The notes: generated from the letters alone by a model not told the origin. A DNA stretch of 64,000 bases from an uncultured cyanobacterium (GCA_963744145.1 CAVUSO010000001.1:5248001-5312000); one strand, 5' to 3'. Counted from the first letter of the stretch, positions 8,800 through 20,313 are shown. Translations and numbers: made by a program.

Positions 8800-10277
8800 T
8801 GTAGAATTGTCAAGATTTGTAAGATGCGATCGCGATATTGATCAGACCGATTTTTGACTTCATTGGATAGATCAGCTAGTTGCACAACGTATTCTAACCA
8901 ATTGACAGCAATTTGTGATGGATGTGCTGGGTCATCAACTCGATTATTTAGTTCGCGAGTCTTAATATCTAAAAGGCGATCAATACTATCTCCCATCAAA
9001 CTGTGATATAGTTTGTTTCTTAATGTAATAAATCCCAATTTTTCTTGTGGATTATTTCCCAATTTCCAATTATTAATATAAAAACAGTTTTTAAACTTGT
9101 CCCATTCTGGTGACACAATGGGAGTAATGGGAGTAGCCTGAAAATTAGTTATTTTACCACTATGATTAGTGAAATCAAACAAGCCGTCAGTTAACAAATT
9201 TGTAACAATCGAGTTTATACTGCATCGTCCAATTTTTCCGTCCTTTGTATCATTATTAAAAATTAGTTCCTGTCCATGCCATTGATAATTACCATTTCCT
9301 TGCTTTTCTACAACTAGGAGTAAAGCCAATTCTAAAGCTCCAGCTATTCTAAGATACCAGTGCATCCACTGACTGCGATCGCGAAAAGCTTTTTCACTCC
9401 ACAAAGCAATACTTATTCGCTCAATAATGCTATCTCGTCCCTCTATATTTCTTCCTTCTAAATTTAAAGAAACTGATCTGTCAAGAAAAGAGAAAGACTC
9501 AGCTAAATCTTGATATCTCGGATGACACAAATCTAGTAGCTTGAAAGCACCACTAAAATCTTGAATTTCCAATAATTCCCGAATTTGAGGCACTTTAAGT
9601 CGCCACTGCCAATGCTTACCGGGATGGGTATAGCAGTCTATTTCTTGTTCGGAAATATAAACAAAATCTATATTATTACCAGCCAGCTTTTGTTCAATAC
9701 CCCAAAGATACAACGCACCACTTAAAGCAGGCGTACCGCTATTATGCTGTACAATAATTTTTTCAAGTAGAATTCTATCTCCTTCTTCTGGTTTAAAATA
9801 TATTGAGTTATTTTCAAACACAATATACTTACCTAATAAAGGATCAACAGATTCTGCCATTCCTTCCCAATCAGCCGCTCCATTACGTATGCCTGGGTCA
9901 ACATCTAGACGGATAGGATAACAGATAATATTTTGGCTTTGACACCAAGCTAATAAAATCTTTTCCCACCAAATGCCATCTAAGGTAATAACACTGCTCC
10001 ACCCTTCTGGGGTGTCATTCCAATTTTGTATCCATCGAATTTGATCTGTTAGGATAAAAGCAAACAAAATATCCGCATCAGCCGATAAATTGCTGTAAAG
10101 CTTTTGTACCAAAGGAAAACTAACTCTGTCTAAGTCTTGAATAAAATTTTTCTCATTAAGAAGAGCCTGTTCCTGGAAATCGTTTAGAAAATATAGTCTT
10201 TCTAACTTCTTTAACCCATCTTCTCCGTCAACTTGGATATCACTATTACCGAGAACCTGCACAATTAGCTTAGTCAT
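8796..10277 (-). CDS. CARF-HEPN ancillary RNase (Csm6/Csx1-like)
   Basis: VLGNSD and NSGTPA CARF-like motifs, helical linker (QDFSGAFKLL), HEPN RxxxxH (RNKLYH); overlaps the cas10 start. Confidence 0.75.
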   Translation of the reverse strand: MTKLIVQVLGNSDIQVDGEDGLKKLERLYFLNDFQEQALLNEKNFIQDLDRVSFPLVQKLYSNLSADADILFAFILTDQIRWIQNWNDTPEGWSSVITLDGIWWEKILLAWCQSQNIICYPIRLDVDPGIRNGAADWEGMAESVDPLLGKYIVFENNSIYFKPEEGDRILLEKIIVQHNSGTPALSGALYLWGIEQKLAGNNIDFVYISEQEIDCYTHPGKHWQWRLKVPQIRELLEIQDFSGAFKLLDLCHPRYQDLAESFSFLDRSVSLNLEGRNIEGRDSIIERISIALWSEKAFRDRSQWMHWYLRIAGALELALLLVVEKQGNGNYQWHGQELIFNNDTKDGKIGRCSINSIVTNLLTDGLFDFTNHSGKITNFQATPITPIVSPEWDKFKNCFYINNWKLGNNPQEKLGFITLRNKLYHSLMGDSIDRLLDIKTRELNNRVDDPAHPSQIAVNWLEYVVQLADLSNEVKNRSDQYRDRILQILTILQ

Positions 10278-10309
10278 TAAGATTACCCTGAAAAACAAAT
10301 TTTAATAGC

Positions 10310-10463
10310 TCTACCGAACTTGATCTGTAATAAATCGCTGAAATCCTTATTTAGTCAGCTTTAGCGGGAAAATTGATTAAAATGAACCTATCAGAATCTA
10401 AAACTTATGCCAAATGAGGCTTTCGGCTGTTTCACTTGGTTCTTAAAGCGCAGGTTCGGTAGA
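10310..10463. repeat. Short inverted-repeat-bounded element (MITE-like)
   Basis: TCTACCGAAC 10310-10319 / GTTCGGTAGA 10454-10463. Confidence 0.45.
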
Positions 10464-10494
10464 ACCCAATAAATTGTTGCCTAGATTCTGATGT

Positions 10495-10768
10495 CTATGG
10501 CACGCTACGTGATCGCCTATGGCACGCAATGCGATCGCGAGAGCGTACCGTAGGCAATCGCCCCTACAATTAACTGAACTGTATTATACTATAGCCAATA
10601 CTCCAATGTCATTAATACTTGGTCTTCTGAACTGAGTTTACCAGCTCGTTTACCCGTTCGCGTAGTCGAAGAGGGCGTAGCCGAAAGGTATGTAGTTGTG
10701 ATCAGGGCGCTGAAGCGCTACTACATACCTAAGAATAATATATTTTCTTCTCTAACTGAACTGTATTG
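10495..10768. repeat. Nested MITE/REP-like remnants
   Basis: Two copies of the MITE right end (TAACTGAACTGTATT near 10571 and 10754), CTATGGCACGC duplicate, GTAGG..ATCGCCCCTAC as in the 4055 MITE. Confidence 0.6.
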
Positions 10769-10822
10769 AGTTATAATAGGAATAACCTTGCTACATTTGT
10801 CAATCAAATTATCATAATTGCA

Positions 10823-12025
10823 ATGTTTAACTCTAACGAAACTCCCTTAACTGAAAAAAACGAACGTTTACGTCGTTGGAGACTAATTCTTGGGGGTGAT
10901 CAAGCAGATGGAATTTGTAACAATACAGGGGATGGTCAAGGAGCAGGTTTTAGCTTAAGTAGCACAGATAAAGCGATCGATGGTGTTCTCAGTGCGCTGT
11001 ATGATAGCGATCGCGCAGGTGGATTAGGTAGTTCAGCTCCAAATGTAGCTCGTTGGTTAGGAGATATCCGTCAATATTTCCCCACCTCGATCGTGCGGAT
11101 TATGCAAAAAGATGCTTTAGAACGACTACATTTAAGACAAATGTTGCTTGAACCTGAATTACTGGAAGCAGTTGAACCAGATGTGCATTTAGTCGCTGAT
11201 TTACTAGCAATTAGCAATCTTATTCCTAGCAAAACTAAGGATACAGCACGTCAAGTAGTGCGTCGTGTGGTTGAACGATTACAGCGTCAATTAGCTAATC
11301 CCACTCGTCAAGCAATTATGGGAAGTCTAAACCGTGCTATTCGTAATCGTCGTCCTCGTCATAATGAAATTGACTGGAATCGCACTATCCGTGCTAACCT
11401 CAAACATTATCAGCCAGCATATCGTACTATTATCCCAGAAACTCGGATCGGTTATGGACGTAAACGTTCATCCCTGCGTGATATTATTCTTTGTATTGAT
11501 CAAAGTGGATCAATGGCAACTTCTGTAGTTTATTCTAGTATTTTCGGTGCAGTTTTAGCATCTTTACCCGCAGTTCAAACCCGAATGGTGGTTTTTGATA
11601 CTTCAGTGGTAGACTTGACTGAAGATTTACAAGACCCGGTTGATCTCCTCTTTGGTACTCAATTAGGTGGTGGTACGGATATCAATCGAGCCCTAACTTA
11701 CTGTCAGAATTTAATCCAACGTCCCCAAGAAACTATTTTGGTACTTATTAGTGACTTATATGAGGGTGGTAATCAAACTGAAATGCTCAAACGAGTAGCA
11801 ACATTGGTCTCATCTGGAGTTCAATTTATTGCTTTATTAGCTTTAAATGATGATGGGGCTCCCTCGTTTGACCATAATGTTGCTACCGCATTTGCTAATT
11901 TGGGAATTCCCTCTTTTGCTTGCACTCCTAATCAATTTCCTGATTTAATGGCAGCAGCGATTAATCGTCAAGATATTAATCAATGGGCTGCAAATCGTGA
12001 TCTGGTTACAACTCGCAGTAAATAA
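10823..12025 (+). CDS. VWA domain protein (CoxE/YehP-like)
   Basis: RRWRLILG start, DQSGSM MIDAS motif, GGGTDI, LISDLYEGG. Confidence 0.88.
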   Translation: MFNSNETPLTEKNERLRRWRLILGGDQADGICNNTGDGQGAGFSLSSTDKAIDGVLSALYDSDRAGGLGSSAPNVARWLGDIRQYFPTSIVRIMQKDALERLHLRQMLLEPELLEAVEPDVHLVADLLAISNLIPSKTKDTARQVVRRVVERLQRQLANPTRQAIMGSLNRAIRNRRPRHNEIDWNRTIRANLKHYQPAYRTIIPETRIGYGRKRSSLRDIILCIDQSGSMATSVVYSSIFGAVLASLPAVQTRMVVFDTSVVDLTEDLQDPVDLLFGTQLGGGTDINRALTYCQNLIQRPQETILVLISDLYEGGNQTEMLKRVATLVSSGVQFIALLALNDDGAPSFDHNVATAFANLGIPSFACTPNQFPDLMAAAINRQDINQWAANRDLVTTRSK

Positions 12026-12095
12026 TAATTTGGTTACTCGTTCTCATGGTATAATTAATCAGCAAAAATATCTAGTCATTCAGTTTATTGATCCG

Positions 12096-12653
12096 ATGAT
12101 GAACTCTGAACGTAAGCCAAGCAACTCTGATGAAGAATCACAATCTTATCGAACTATTTATGAAGGCGATCGCGCTTTACGACAATTTGCTGAACGACTA
12201 TCTGAACATTTAGAAAATGATCAATTAGTGCAGCAAACCACTGAAGAGTTAAGAAGTTTTTTAAATGTTGATCGAGTCGTGATATATTACTTTTATCGAG
12301 AGTGGAAAGGACAAGTTACCTTTGAAGCTTTAAGCAATTTCCAATTATCAATTTTTGGTTCAACTGGACCAGATGGTTGTTTTAATGATGAATATGCAGC
12401 CCTGTATAAAGCGAGAAGAATTCGGGCGATCGCAGATATTGAAACTGAGCCGATCGCAACTTGTCACCGAGACTTTCTGCGGAGTATTCAAGTGCGAGCT
12501 AATTTAGTAGTACCAATTCTCACCACCCGATTGTGGGGATTATTAATTGCCCATCATTGTCAAAATCCTCGTCACTGGATTCAATCGGAGATCGAAGTAA
12601 TGCAACAAGCAGCGCATAAAATCGAAACCGCACCAACAATTTTAAAAAATTAA
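12096..12653 (+). CDS. Stand-alone GAF protein, cyanobacteriochrome-like (DXCF)
   Basis: DRVVIY, DGCF, TCHRDFL, VRANLVVPI, LWGLLIAHHC. Confidence 0.8.
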   Translation: MMNSERKPSNSDEESQSYRTIYEGDRALRQFAERLSEHLENDQLVQQTTEELRSFLNVDRVVIYYFYREWKGQVTFEALSNFQLSIFGSTGPDGCFNDEYAALYKARRIRAIADIETEPIATCHRDFLRSIQVRANLVVPILTTRLWGLLIAHHCQNPRHWIQSEIEVMQQAAHKIETAPTILKN

Positions 12654-12716
12654 TCCCAGTTATGGCTAGTGGTAACTAACCATAACCCATTAACTATTTG
12701 AGCAGTGGAGATGAAC

Positions 12717-13427
12717 TTAAAACGTTTCAGGATTGATAATATAATCAAAATTATCTATCCCGACATTTTTTTCCAAAGTCTTCATAATCTGACGAGCATT
12801 GTCATAAGGTCCACTAACATAACAGGGTTTACCAGTACGACCAAAGGTTAATTGACAATCACCATTCCATTCTCCTAAATGCGATCGAGATTGGGCAAAA
12901 TCTCGATGGGGGCTAAATCCTAAAGCTTGAGCATAATTGATCGCACCAAAAACAAACTCTTGAGCTTGTTGTAAGGTAATTTCTTGGTAACCATAAGGAA
13001 AATAGTTATAGACTTGTTCAATAAATTCAACATACTTGTTGCCATTCATGTTTTTTGGTCCAATAGTATCCTTTACCCCTAGACACCAATAATCTACCAG
13101 GTAAGTACAGACACTAAACATCCCAGACTTCACCTGACGAGAAATAAAAACTAATCCGAACCCAGAAGAACCATTGGATTTCTCTAGAGCCTCATCATCA
13201 TTATCATTATTAGAAAAAAACTTTTCCGCACAGGTAACATTCATCAAACACTTGTCTAGGGGAGCTAATTCACCTGTTTCTGCTTGAATAATCGCTTTTT
13301 TCTCAGCTTCTTCTTGCAGAATAGCAGAAACAGCAGATACTTTTAACCCTAACTGACGCGCAATTAATTTAGGGGTTAGCTTCAAAGAACGTAAATCGAG
13401 GATTTTTTGACGTTGTTCGGAATCCAT
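12717..13427 (-). CDS. Hypothetical protein with N-terminal helix-turn-helix
   Basis: LTPKLIARQLGLKVSAVSAIL HTH; YLVDYWCLGVKD and YVSGPYD motifs. Confidence 0.7.
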   Translation of the reverse strand: MDSEQRQKILDLRSLKLTPKLIARQLGLKVSAVSAILQEEAEKKAIIQAETGELAPLDKCLMNVTCAEKFFSNNDNDDEALEKSNGSSGFGLVFISRQVKSGMFSVCTYLVDYWCLGVKDTIGPKNMNGNKYVEFIEQVYNYFPYGYQEITLQQAQEFVFGAINYAQALGFSPHRDFAQSRSHLGEWNGDCQLTFGRTGKPCYVSGPYDNARQIMKTLEKNVGIDNFDYIINPETF

Positions 13428-13633
13428 TAATATCAACACCTTAATTTTGCAACAGGGACGATTGGTCAATAGTCCCTCATCTAAATATAAACAAAATCCA
13501 CCTCGATCGGGTAGCTGGCCCTGATGGTCAGCCAAAGCTCAAATTAATCTGTTAAGATCTCAATCTGAGCTTGCTTTCACCTGGCACCCGCGATCCGCAG
13601 TGCCGACTTCAATCCTCGTTGGGAACAAAGCTG

Positions 13634-14716
13634 ATGGCCACACAAACAAATGGAAAATCGGATAAAGAAAAAGCCCTGAGCCTAGTGTTCAAGCAGATTG
13701 AACAGCAATTTGGTAAAGGGGCAATAATGCGGCTTGGAGACGCAGCCCGCATTAAAGTAGAAACTATTTCCACTGGAGCATTGACCCTGGATTTAGCTTT
13801 GGGGGGAGGATTGCCCAAGGGACGAGTGATCGAAATATATGGTCCGGAAAGTTCCGGGAAAACTACCTTAGCATTACATGTGATCGCAGAAATTCAAAAA
13901 GGAGGGGGCATCGCGGCATTTGTTGATGCTGAACACGCCCTTGATCCCACCTATGCGACCCAATTAGGTGTAGATACAGAAAACCTCCTCGTCTCACAAC
14001 CAGATAATGGTGAAACAGCACTAGAAATAGTCGATCAATTGGTGCGATCGGCAGCAGTAGAAATTGTGGTCATCGATTCAGTCGCCGCCTTAGTCCCACG
14101 GGCAGAAATCGAAGGGGACATGGGCGATACCCAAATTGGTTTACAAGCTCGCTTAATGAGCCAAGCTATGCGAAAAATTACTGGTAACATCAGCAGATCT
14201 GGATGTACGGTAATTTTCCTCAACCAATTACGCCAAAAAATTGGTGGCAATAGCTATGGTCCCTCAGAAGTTACTACGGGTGGTAATGCTCTCAAGTTTT
14301 ATGCTTCAGTACGTCTAGATATTCGCCGCAAAGAAACTTTGAAAAAAGGCACCCAAGAATACGGGATTCTGGCGAAGGTCAAAGTCGCCAAAAATAAGGT
14401 AGCTCCTCCTTTCCGTGTGGCTGAATTTGATATTATTTTTGGTAAAGGGATTTCACGGTTAGGCTGTTTACTAGATCTAGCAGAAGAAACTGGAGTGGTC
14501 ACCCGGAAAGGGGCTTGGTATAGTTTCAAAGGTGATAATATCGCTCAAGGTCGGGAAAATACAGTCAAATATTTAGAAGAAAAAACTGAATTTGCCAAAG
14601 ACATTGAGCAGTTAGTCCGCCAAAAATTAGAAATGGGCGCAGTGGTTTCTGCTAATTCAGTTGTGCCGATCGAAGCCGAAGAAGAGGAAGAAGAATACGC
14701 AGAAGAAGATTTATAA
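13634..14716 (+). CDS. recA: Recombinase RecA
   Basis: GPESSGKT Walker [29 protein letters not shown]. Confidence 0.99.
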   Translation: MATQTNGKSDKEKALSLVFKQIEQQFGKGAIMRLGDAARIKVETISTGALTLDLALGGGLPKGRVIEIYGPESSGKTTLALHVIAEIQKGGGIAAFVDAEHALDPTYATQLGVDTENLLVSQPDNGETALEIVDQLVRSAAVEIVVIDSVAALVPRAEIEGDMGDTQIGLQARLMSQAMRKITGNISRSGCTVIFLNQLRQKIGGNSYGPSEVTTGGNALKFYASVRLDIRRKETLKKGTQEYGILAKVKVAKNKVAPPFRVAEFDIIFGKGISRLGCLLDLAEETGVVTRKGAWYSFKGDNIAQGRENTVKYLEEKTEFAKDIEQLVRQKLEMGAVVSANSVVPIEAEEEEEEYAEEDL

Positions 14717-14892
14717 GTAGCCAAGGGTCAGATCTAACGGTTGGTCGGTGATCCTGGATCTCTATTGGCGTTCCTCAGCCTGCAACTTAATAATGGTAAT
14801 ATTTGCGAATTTAATCAAGTTCCCCCTTGCCAACGATCCCTCACAGTCAGACACTTGACTTTGAGAGTTCATCGGCAGTTGAGAGGTATTGT

Positions 14893-16182
14893 GTGAAAAA
14901 AGTCTTAGCCATTATTCTCGGTGGGGGTGCAGGTACTCGCCTTTATCCATTGACCAAGGTACGGGCCAAACCTGCGGTGCCCCTAGCAGGTAAATATCGT
15001 CTGATTGATATACCCGTTAGTAACTGCATTAATTCAGAAATTCTCAAAATCTACGTTCTCACCCAATTTAATTCAGCCTCACTAAATCGCCATATTGGTC
15101 GTACTTACCATTTTTCTGGTTTTAGTGAGGGGTTTGTCGAAGTGTTGGCTGCCCAGCAAACAACAGACAATCCCAACTGGTTTCAAGGAACAGCAGATGC
15201 GGTACGTCAGTATATCTGGCTACTAGAGGAATGGGACGTGGATGAGTACCTGATCCTCTCGGGTGATCACCTCTATCGGATGGATTATCGCCTATTTTGG
15301 CAGCGTCACCGAGATACTAATGCGGATATTACTCTTTCCGTTTTGCCGATCGATGACAAACGTGCTTCGGATTTCGGTTTAATGAAAATTGACGATTCGG
15401 GTCGAGTAATTGATTTCAGTGAAAAACCTAAGGGTGATGCTCTGACAAAGATGCGGGTCGATACCACTAAACTTGGTTTAACTCCTGAACAAGCAGAGCA
15501 TAGTCCCTATATTGCTTCGATGGGAATTTATGTCTTCAAAAAAGAAGTCCTGATTAAATTACTCAAAGAAGCCCCAGAAAGAACTGATTTTGGTAAAGAA
15601 ATTATTCCTGCTTCTGCCAAAGACTATAACGTTCAAGCCTTCTTGTTTGATGGTTACTGGGAAGATATTGGAACGATTGAGTCATTCTATGATGCTAATT
15701 TGGCTTTAACTAAACAACCTCAGCCTCCTTTCAGTTTTTATGATGAAAATGCTCCCATCTACACCCGCTCTCGTTATTTACCTCCTTCTAAGCTGCTAGA
15801 CTGTAAGGTCACAGAATCGATTATTGGTGAAGGTTGTATCCTGAAAGAATGTCGGATCGAACACTCCGTTTTGGGAGTACGCACCCGAGTTGAATCAGGT
15901 AGCATTATTGAAGACTCACTGATTATGGGTTCTGACTTTTATCAGCCTTATGTAGAACGACAAGCTAGTTGGGAACAGGGTGAAGTTCCCTTGGGAATTG
16001 GTGCTGACACTAGGATTCGTCGTGCCATTGTTGATAAAAATGCCTGTATTGGTCATAATGTGCAGATTATCAACAAAGACCGAGTGCAAGAAGCCGATCG
16101 AGAAAGCGAAGGTTTTTACATTCGGAGTGGAATTGTGGTGGTGATGAAAAATGCCGTTATTCCTGATGGAACGATTATTTAG
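14893..16182 (+). CDS. glgC: ADP-glucose pyrophosphorylase
   Basis: [33 protein letters not shown]. Confidence 0.98.
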   Translation: MKKVLAIILGGGAGTRLYPLTKVRAKPAVPLAGKYRLIDIPVSNCINSEILKIYVLTQFNSASLNRHIGRTYHFSGFSEGFVEVLAAQQTTDNPNWFQGTADAVRQYIWLLEEWDVDEYLILSGDHLYRMDYRLFWQRHRDTNADITLSVLPIDDKRASDFGLMKIDDSGRVIDFSEKPKGDALTKMRVDTTKLGLTPEQAEHSPYIASMGIYVFKKEVLIKLLKEAPERTDFGKEIIPASAKDYNVQAFLFDGYWEDIGTIESFYDANLALTKQPQPPFSFYDENAPIYTRSRYLPPSKLLDCKVTESIIGEGCILKECRIEHSVLGVRTRVESGSIIEDSLIMGSDFYQPYVERQASWEQGEVPLGIGADTRIRRAIVDKNACIGHNVQIINKDRVQEADRESEGFYIRSGIVVVMKNAVIPDGTII

Positions 16183-16212
16183 TGGGTCATAGGTGATTGC
16201 TCACCAAAATAT

Positions 16213-16242
16213 GGGGGTACAAAAACTTTTGTGCCCCTATTT
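16213..16242 (+). terminator. Putative intrinsic terminator after glgC
   Basis: GGGGTACAAAA-AC-TTTTGTGCCCC hairpin followed by TATTT. Confidence 0.5.
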
Positions 16243-16442
16243 CGGCTCATTTCTGCTTGAGTAAACCAATAATAAAGTTATGTCCTGATCGCCAGCTAGG
16301 AAAAATAACTGAGCTTAACAAATTTTTCTTTCTGATACCCTAAATTTAGGGAACTAGTATAGATCTGCCTGAGTCCAGATTTTTGGCCAGACTATGCCCA
16401 CACACATATAGTAAAAATATAGATATAAGCAGGAGGAAATTT

Positions 16443-17465
16443 ATGGCAGCAACTGATTTTAAAGACTATTACGCCATTCTCGGGATTACTAAAACTGCGA
16501 CTTCCGACGAAATCAAAAAAACTTATCGCAAACTTGCTCGTAAATATCACCCGGATATGAATCCGGGTAATCGGGAAGCTGAAGCTCGTTTTAAAGAAGT
16601 TAGTGAAGCCTATGAAATTTTATCTGATCCGGAAAAACGGAAAAAATACGATCAATTTGGTCAATATTGGAAACAAGCTGGCACTGGAGCTGGATGGCCC
16701 AATAATGCGAGTAATGTAGATTTTGGTGGTTTTGACTTTAGCCAATATTCTAATTTTGATGAATTTATTAATGAATTATTAGGACGCTTTGGCACTTCAG
16801 GAACTAGCACAAATCGTACCGGACGCTGGTCCTATTCTCACTCTACTAATGGTAGTTCTACCAGTCCCAATAGTGGATTTAGCGGATTTAATGATTTTGC
16901 TGGTTTTGATCACAGGACTACTACCTCATCTGTAGATCAAGAGGTAAGTTTATCTCTGTCTTTATCCCAAGCTTTTCGCGGTGTCGAAGAATCCTTACGT
17001 TTGGGTAATGAAGTGATTAAAATCCGCATCCCTCCTGGAGCAAAACCTGGTAGTCGAGTCCGGGTTAAAGGTAAAGGTAATGTTGCTCCTTATACCCACC
17101 AACGGGGAGATTTATATCTAAAAATTGAAATTCAACCCCATCCTTTTTTCCAATTTGAGGGAGATAACCTGATCTGTGAAGTACCAATTACTCCTGATGA
17201 AGCAGTTCTAGGTGCGAAAATCGCCGTACCTACTCCCGATGGTACGGTGACGATGAATGTACCTCCTGGAATTCGTTCTGGTCAATCTCTGCGTTTACGC
17301 GGTAAGGGTTGGCCCCAAGTTAAAGGTGGACGTAGTGATCAACTGGTGCGAATTATTATTACTCCTCCCAAAGATATCAGTTCAACTGAGCGAGAATATT
17401 ATGAAAAAATCAAGGCGATTCGCCAGTTTAATCCTCGTAGTCATTTATCACAAGTTAAACTCTAA
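16443..17465 (+). CDS. DnaJ-class chaperone (CbpA-like, no Zn finger)
   Basis: J domain with HPD, G/F-rich linker, C-terminal DnaJ domain. Confidence 0.92.
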   Translation: MAATDFKDYYAILGITKTATSDEIKKTYRKLARKYHPDMNPGNREAEARFKEVSEAYEILSDPEKRKKYDQFGQYWKQAGTGAGWPNNASNVDFGGFDFSQYSNFDEFINELLGRFGTSGTSTNRTGRWSYSHSTNGSSTSPNSGFSGFNDFAGFDHRTTTSSVDQEVSLSLSLSQAFRGVEESLRLGNEVIKIRIPPGAKPGSRVRVKGKGNVAPYTHQRGDLYLKIEIQPHPFFQFEGDNLICEVPITPDEAVLGAKIAVPTPDGTVTMNVPPGIRSGQSLRLRGKGWPQVKGGRSDQLVRIIITPPKDISSTEREYYEKIKAIRQFNPRSHLSQVKL

Positions 17466-18021
17466 TTAGCCGATCTGATTTTTTTTCTGCCAGCATAGCC
17501 ACAGTTTTTTGGAGGGTATCTACATCAGCGTTAAAAGAGAAAAAAGAAAATAAATGCTTAAACCGAATTTTGAGGTTTCGATCTAGGACAAATTGGGCTG
17601 GGAAGGGTGCACCTAATGCTTGACCTAATTTGTAAGCTCGAAAAACTCGACCATCTGGGTCGCTCAGTACAGGCATTTTTAATCCTAAATTTTTGATGAT
17701 GATTTGGCTTTGACGTTGATCTGTACTGGTGATCATTAAAATTTCTGCGCCCAATTGCTGAAATTCGGCATAATTTTCATTCAAAGCTATGATATGAGGA
17801 AAGCAAATCGGACAGAATTGTTTCGGACTAAAAATGCGCGTAAATGCTAAAACAACGGTTTTTTGATGTCGATAATCTGATAATTTGACTTGACATTTAT
17901 GCGTGATATCAGGTAGTTGAAAACCTGTTGCTGGATTTCCCAATTTCAGTTCATTGGTAGCTGGAATTGGGAAGAAGTGATTCAAGAAACGTTGATTTAA
18001 TAAGTCATTCAATGTGAGCAT
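17455..18021 (-). CDS. Peroxiredoxin-like AhpC/TSA family protein
   Basis: FQLPD, FCPIC motif, thioredoxin-fold pattern. Confidence 0.85.
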   Translation of the reverse strand: MLTLNDLLNQRFLNHFFPIPATNELKLGNPATGFQLPDITHKCQVKLSDYRHQKTVVLAFTRIFSPKQFCPICFPHIIALNENYAEFQQLGAEILMITSTDQRQSQIIIKNLGLKMPVLSDPDGRVFRAYKLGQALGAPFPAQFVLDRNLKIRFKHLFSFFSFNADVDTLQKTVAMLAEKKSDRLIRV

Positions 18022-18118
18022 AGATTTTTTTTGCTCCTCTAATTAATTAAAATCCCAACACTCTTGGCGAAAAATTGCAGATTTAGTGTTGGGTTGTTTC
18101 TGCAAAAGCTACGAAAAA

Positions 18119-18730
18119 TTATATGGCAGCAAAATATTCTTTCGATTTGACTGGATCTGGATTCATAGTTTTGTCACCCGGTTTCCAATCAGCAGGACAA
18201 ACTTCATCGGGGTGAGATTGCACATGTTGAATTGCTTGTAAGGTTCGCAGAGTTTCTTCGATACTACGACCAAAGGCGTGATTGTTGATGGTAGCATGTT
18301 GGATGATCCCGTCTTTATCAATGATAAACAATCCCCGTAATGCAATTCCAGCTTCCGGATCTAATACGTTGTAACTGGTGCTAATTTCTTTTTTGAGATC
18401 GGAAACTAATGGATAGTTAAGATCACCCACACCACCTAGCTTACGCTCTGTCTGAATCCAAACTAGATGGGAAAATTCACTGTCTACCGAAACACCAAGC
18501 ACCTCGGTGTTATTTTTTTTGAAGTCTTCGTAGCGATCGCTAAAAGCAATAATCTCGGTTGGACAAACAAAAGTAAAGTCTAAGGGATAAAAGAACAAGA
18601 CTACATATTTACCACGATAGTCAGACAGTTTAATATTCTTGAATTCCTGATCGACCACAGCGGTTGCAGTAAACTCGGGTGCAGGTTGTCCAACCCGTAA
18701 GCATTTTTCTGCTACGTTAGTCAAGCTCAT
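18119..18730 (-). CDS. 2-Cys peroxiredoxin
   Basis: [13 protein letters not shown] and EVCPADW motifs. Confidence 0.97.
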   Translation of the reverse strand: MSLTNVAEKCLRVGQPAPEFTATAVVDQEFKNIKLSDYRGKYVVLFFYPLDFTFVCPTEIIAFSDRYEDFKKNNTEVLGVSVDSEFSHLVWIQTERKLGGVGDLNYPLVSDLKKEISTSYNVLDPEAGIALRGLFIIDKDGIIQHATINNHAFGRSIEETLRTLQAIQHVQSHPDEVCPADWKPGDKTMNPDPVKSKEYFAAI

Positions 18731-19012
18731 GAACTGATTCTCCTTAAATGTGTTTATTTTATTTTACTGTTTTTAATGGGGGTAAAGATTTGAGAACTTA
18801 CTCCCACTGCTGATGATTCATTTTTTACGAACTGTAACAACCATAGCATATTAATCACGATTTTGAGCGATTTCACCAGTAATTAGGACTACTAAGCGGT
18901 TACACTCCGATCGCGCTCAAAATTCCTATTAACAATAGTTTCAATGCTACCAAGCGAAGGGAAATATTTTTAGCTTAATTAGATTTCAATTTAACTGCAT
19001 AATGGTTAAATT

Positions 19013-19579
19013 TTAACCTGACCGACTATATTTTCCAATTAATTCTGCGGTTGCTAAAATATGACCTGTCATTGCTGATAGTAATTCCTGCTTAGTTATA
19101 CCTGGTTTCAAACCCAATTTTTGATTTAAAGCATAGAGTTTAAAAAAATATCGATGGGTTCCACTAGGAGGACAAGGACCACCATAACCAGATTGACCAA
19201 AATCATTTTTTCCCTGAACACCAATTACTTGGGACTGAGTTGCAAAACCTTCTGGTAATTGACGAATTTCGGGACTCAGATCATAAAGAACCCAATGGAC
19301 AAAAGTCGCTCCCGGAGCATCTGGATCATCTACAATTAAAGCCAAGCTTTTTGTACCTGGTGGAATTTCTTCCCAATGGAGGGGAGGGGAGATATTGTCG
19401 CGATCGCAGCTATATTTAGCTGGAATTACACCATTTTCAGTAAAAACTTTACTTTCTAGTTTGATAGTTTTTGGTGCTAGAGATTGATCAGGGGTGCTAC
19501 TGTTGACAGAATTACACCCAACTAACAACGCCGTGATTACGGCAATAATAGTATAATGTCGAAAATATATTTGACTCAT
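19013..19579 (-). CDS. YbhB/YbcL (PEBP-like) lipoprotein
   Basis: Lipobox LVGC, DPDAP, HWV, YGGPCPP, HRYFF. Confidence 0.92.
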   Translation of the reverse strand: MSQIYFRHYTIIAVITALLVGCNSVNSSTPDQSLAPKTIKLESKVFTENGVIPAKYSCDRDNISPPLHWEEIPPGTKSLALIVDDPDAPGATFVHWVLYDLSPEIRQLPEGFATQSQVIGVQGKNDFGQSGYGGPCPPSGTHRYFFKLYALNQKLGLKPGITKQELLSAMTGHILATAELIGKYSRSG

Positions 19580-19592
19580 ATTAGCATCAAAA

Positions 19593-20313
19593 TTAGGTCG
19601 AACGTTTGGCTAATTTTCCATCTTCCATATAAACAATTCGATCAGCAATATCAAGAATCCGATTGTCGTGAGTAACTAGCAAAATTGTACAAGACTTTTC
19701 TTTAGCGAGATTTTGCATTAGATTAACTACATCACGACCTGATTTGCTATCTAATGCTGCGGTCGGTTCATCTGCAAGTACAATTTTGGGATTACTTACT
19801 AGGCCCAGCGATCGCTACCCGTTGTTTTTGTCCACCAGATAAATCGTCAGGATAATATTGCAATCGATGTCCTAATCCCACTAATTCTAGCATAGCCGCA
19901 GACCGTTCTTGCATTTCTTTGAGGGATAAATGGTGATGTAGTTCTAGACCCATTTTTACATTTTGCAAAGTTGTCAAACTTCCATGAAGGTTATGTGCTT
20001 GAAATATATATCCATGTTGACGACGCGCTTGGGTCAGTTGATTTGCACTTGCTCCACAAAGTTCTTGTCCTAATACTTGCAGACTACCGATTTGAGCTGA
20101 ACGTAATCCACCGATCAGAGTAAGTAAAGTGGTTTTACCAGATCCAGATGGTCCAGTCATGATCACAATTTCTCCTGCTTTGATCTCCAAATTGATATCA
20201 AAAAGAACTTGTTTACGCAGTTGTCCATGACCGAAATAGTGATGAAGATTTTGGGCTGAAATGACGACGGATTCTTGAACAGAAATTTCTGGGAGAGTAT
20301 TTGTTAGTTGCAT
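19593..20313 (-). pseudogene. devA: DevA-family ABC ATPase, frameshifted near 19803
   Basis: GPSGSGKT and LSGGQKQRVAIA, then a 2-nt deficit; LVSNPKIVLADEPTAALD...VTHD continues in another frame to TAA at 19593; may be a sequencing error. Confidence 0.8.

Noticed and set aside
10823..12025. VWA gene as part of the CRISPR system
   Set aside because: Divergent, separated by MITE debris, and belongs to a common YehP/CoxE family with no evident link
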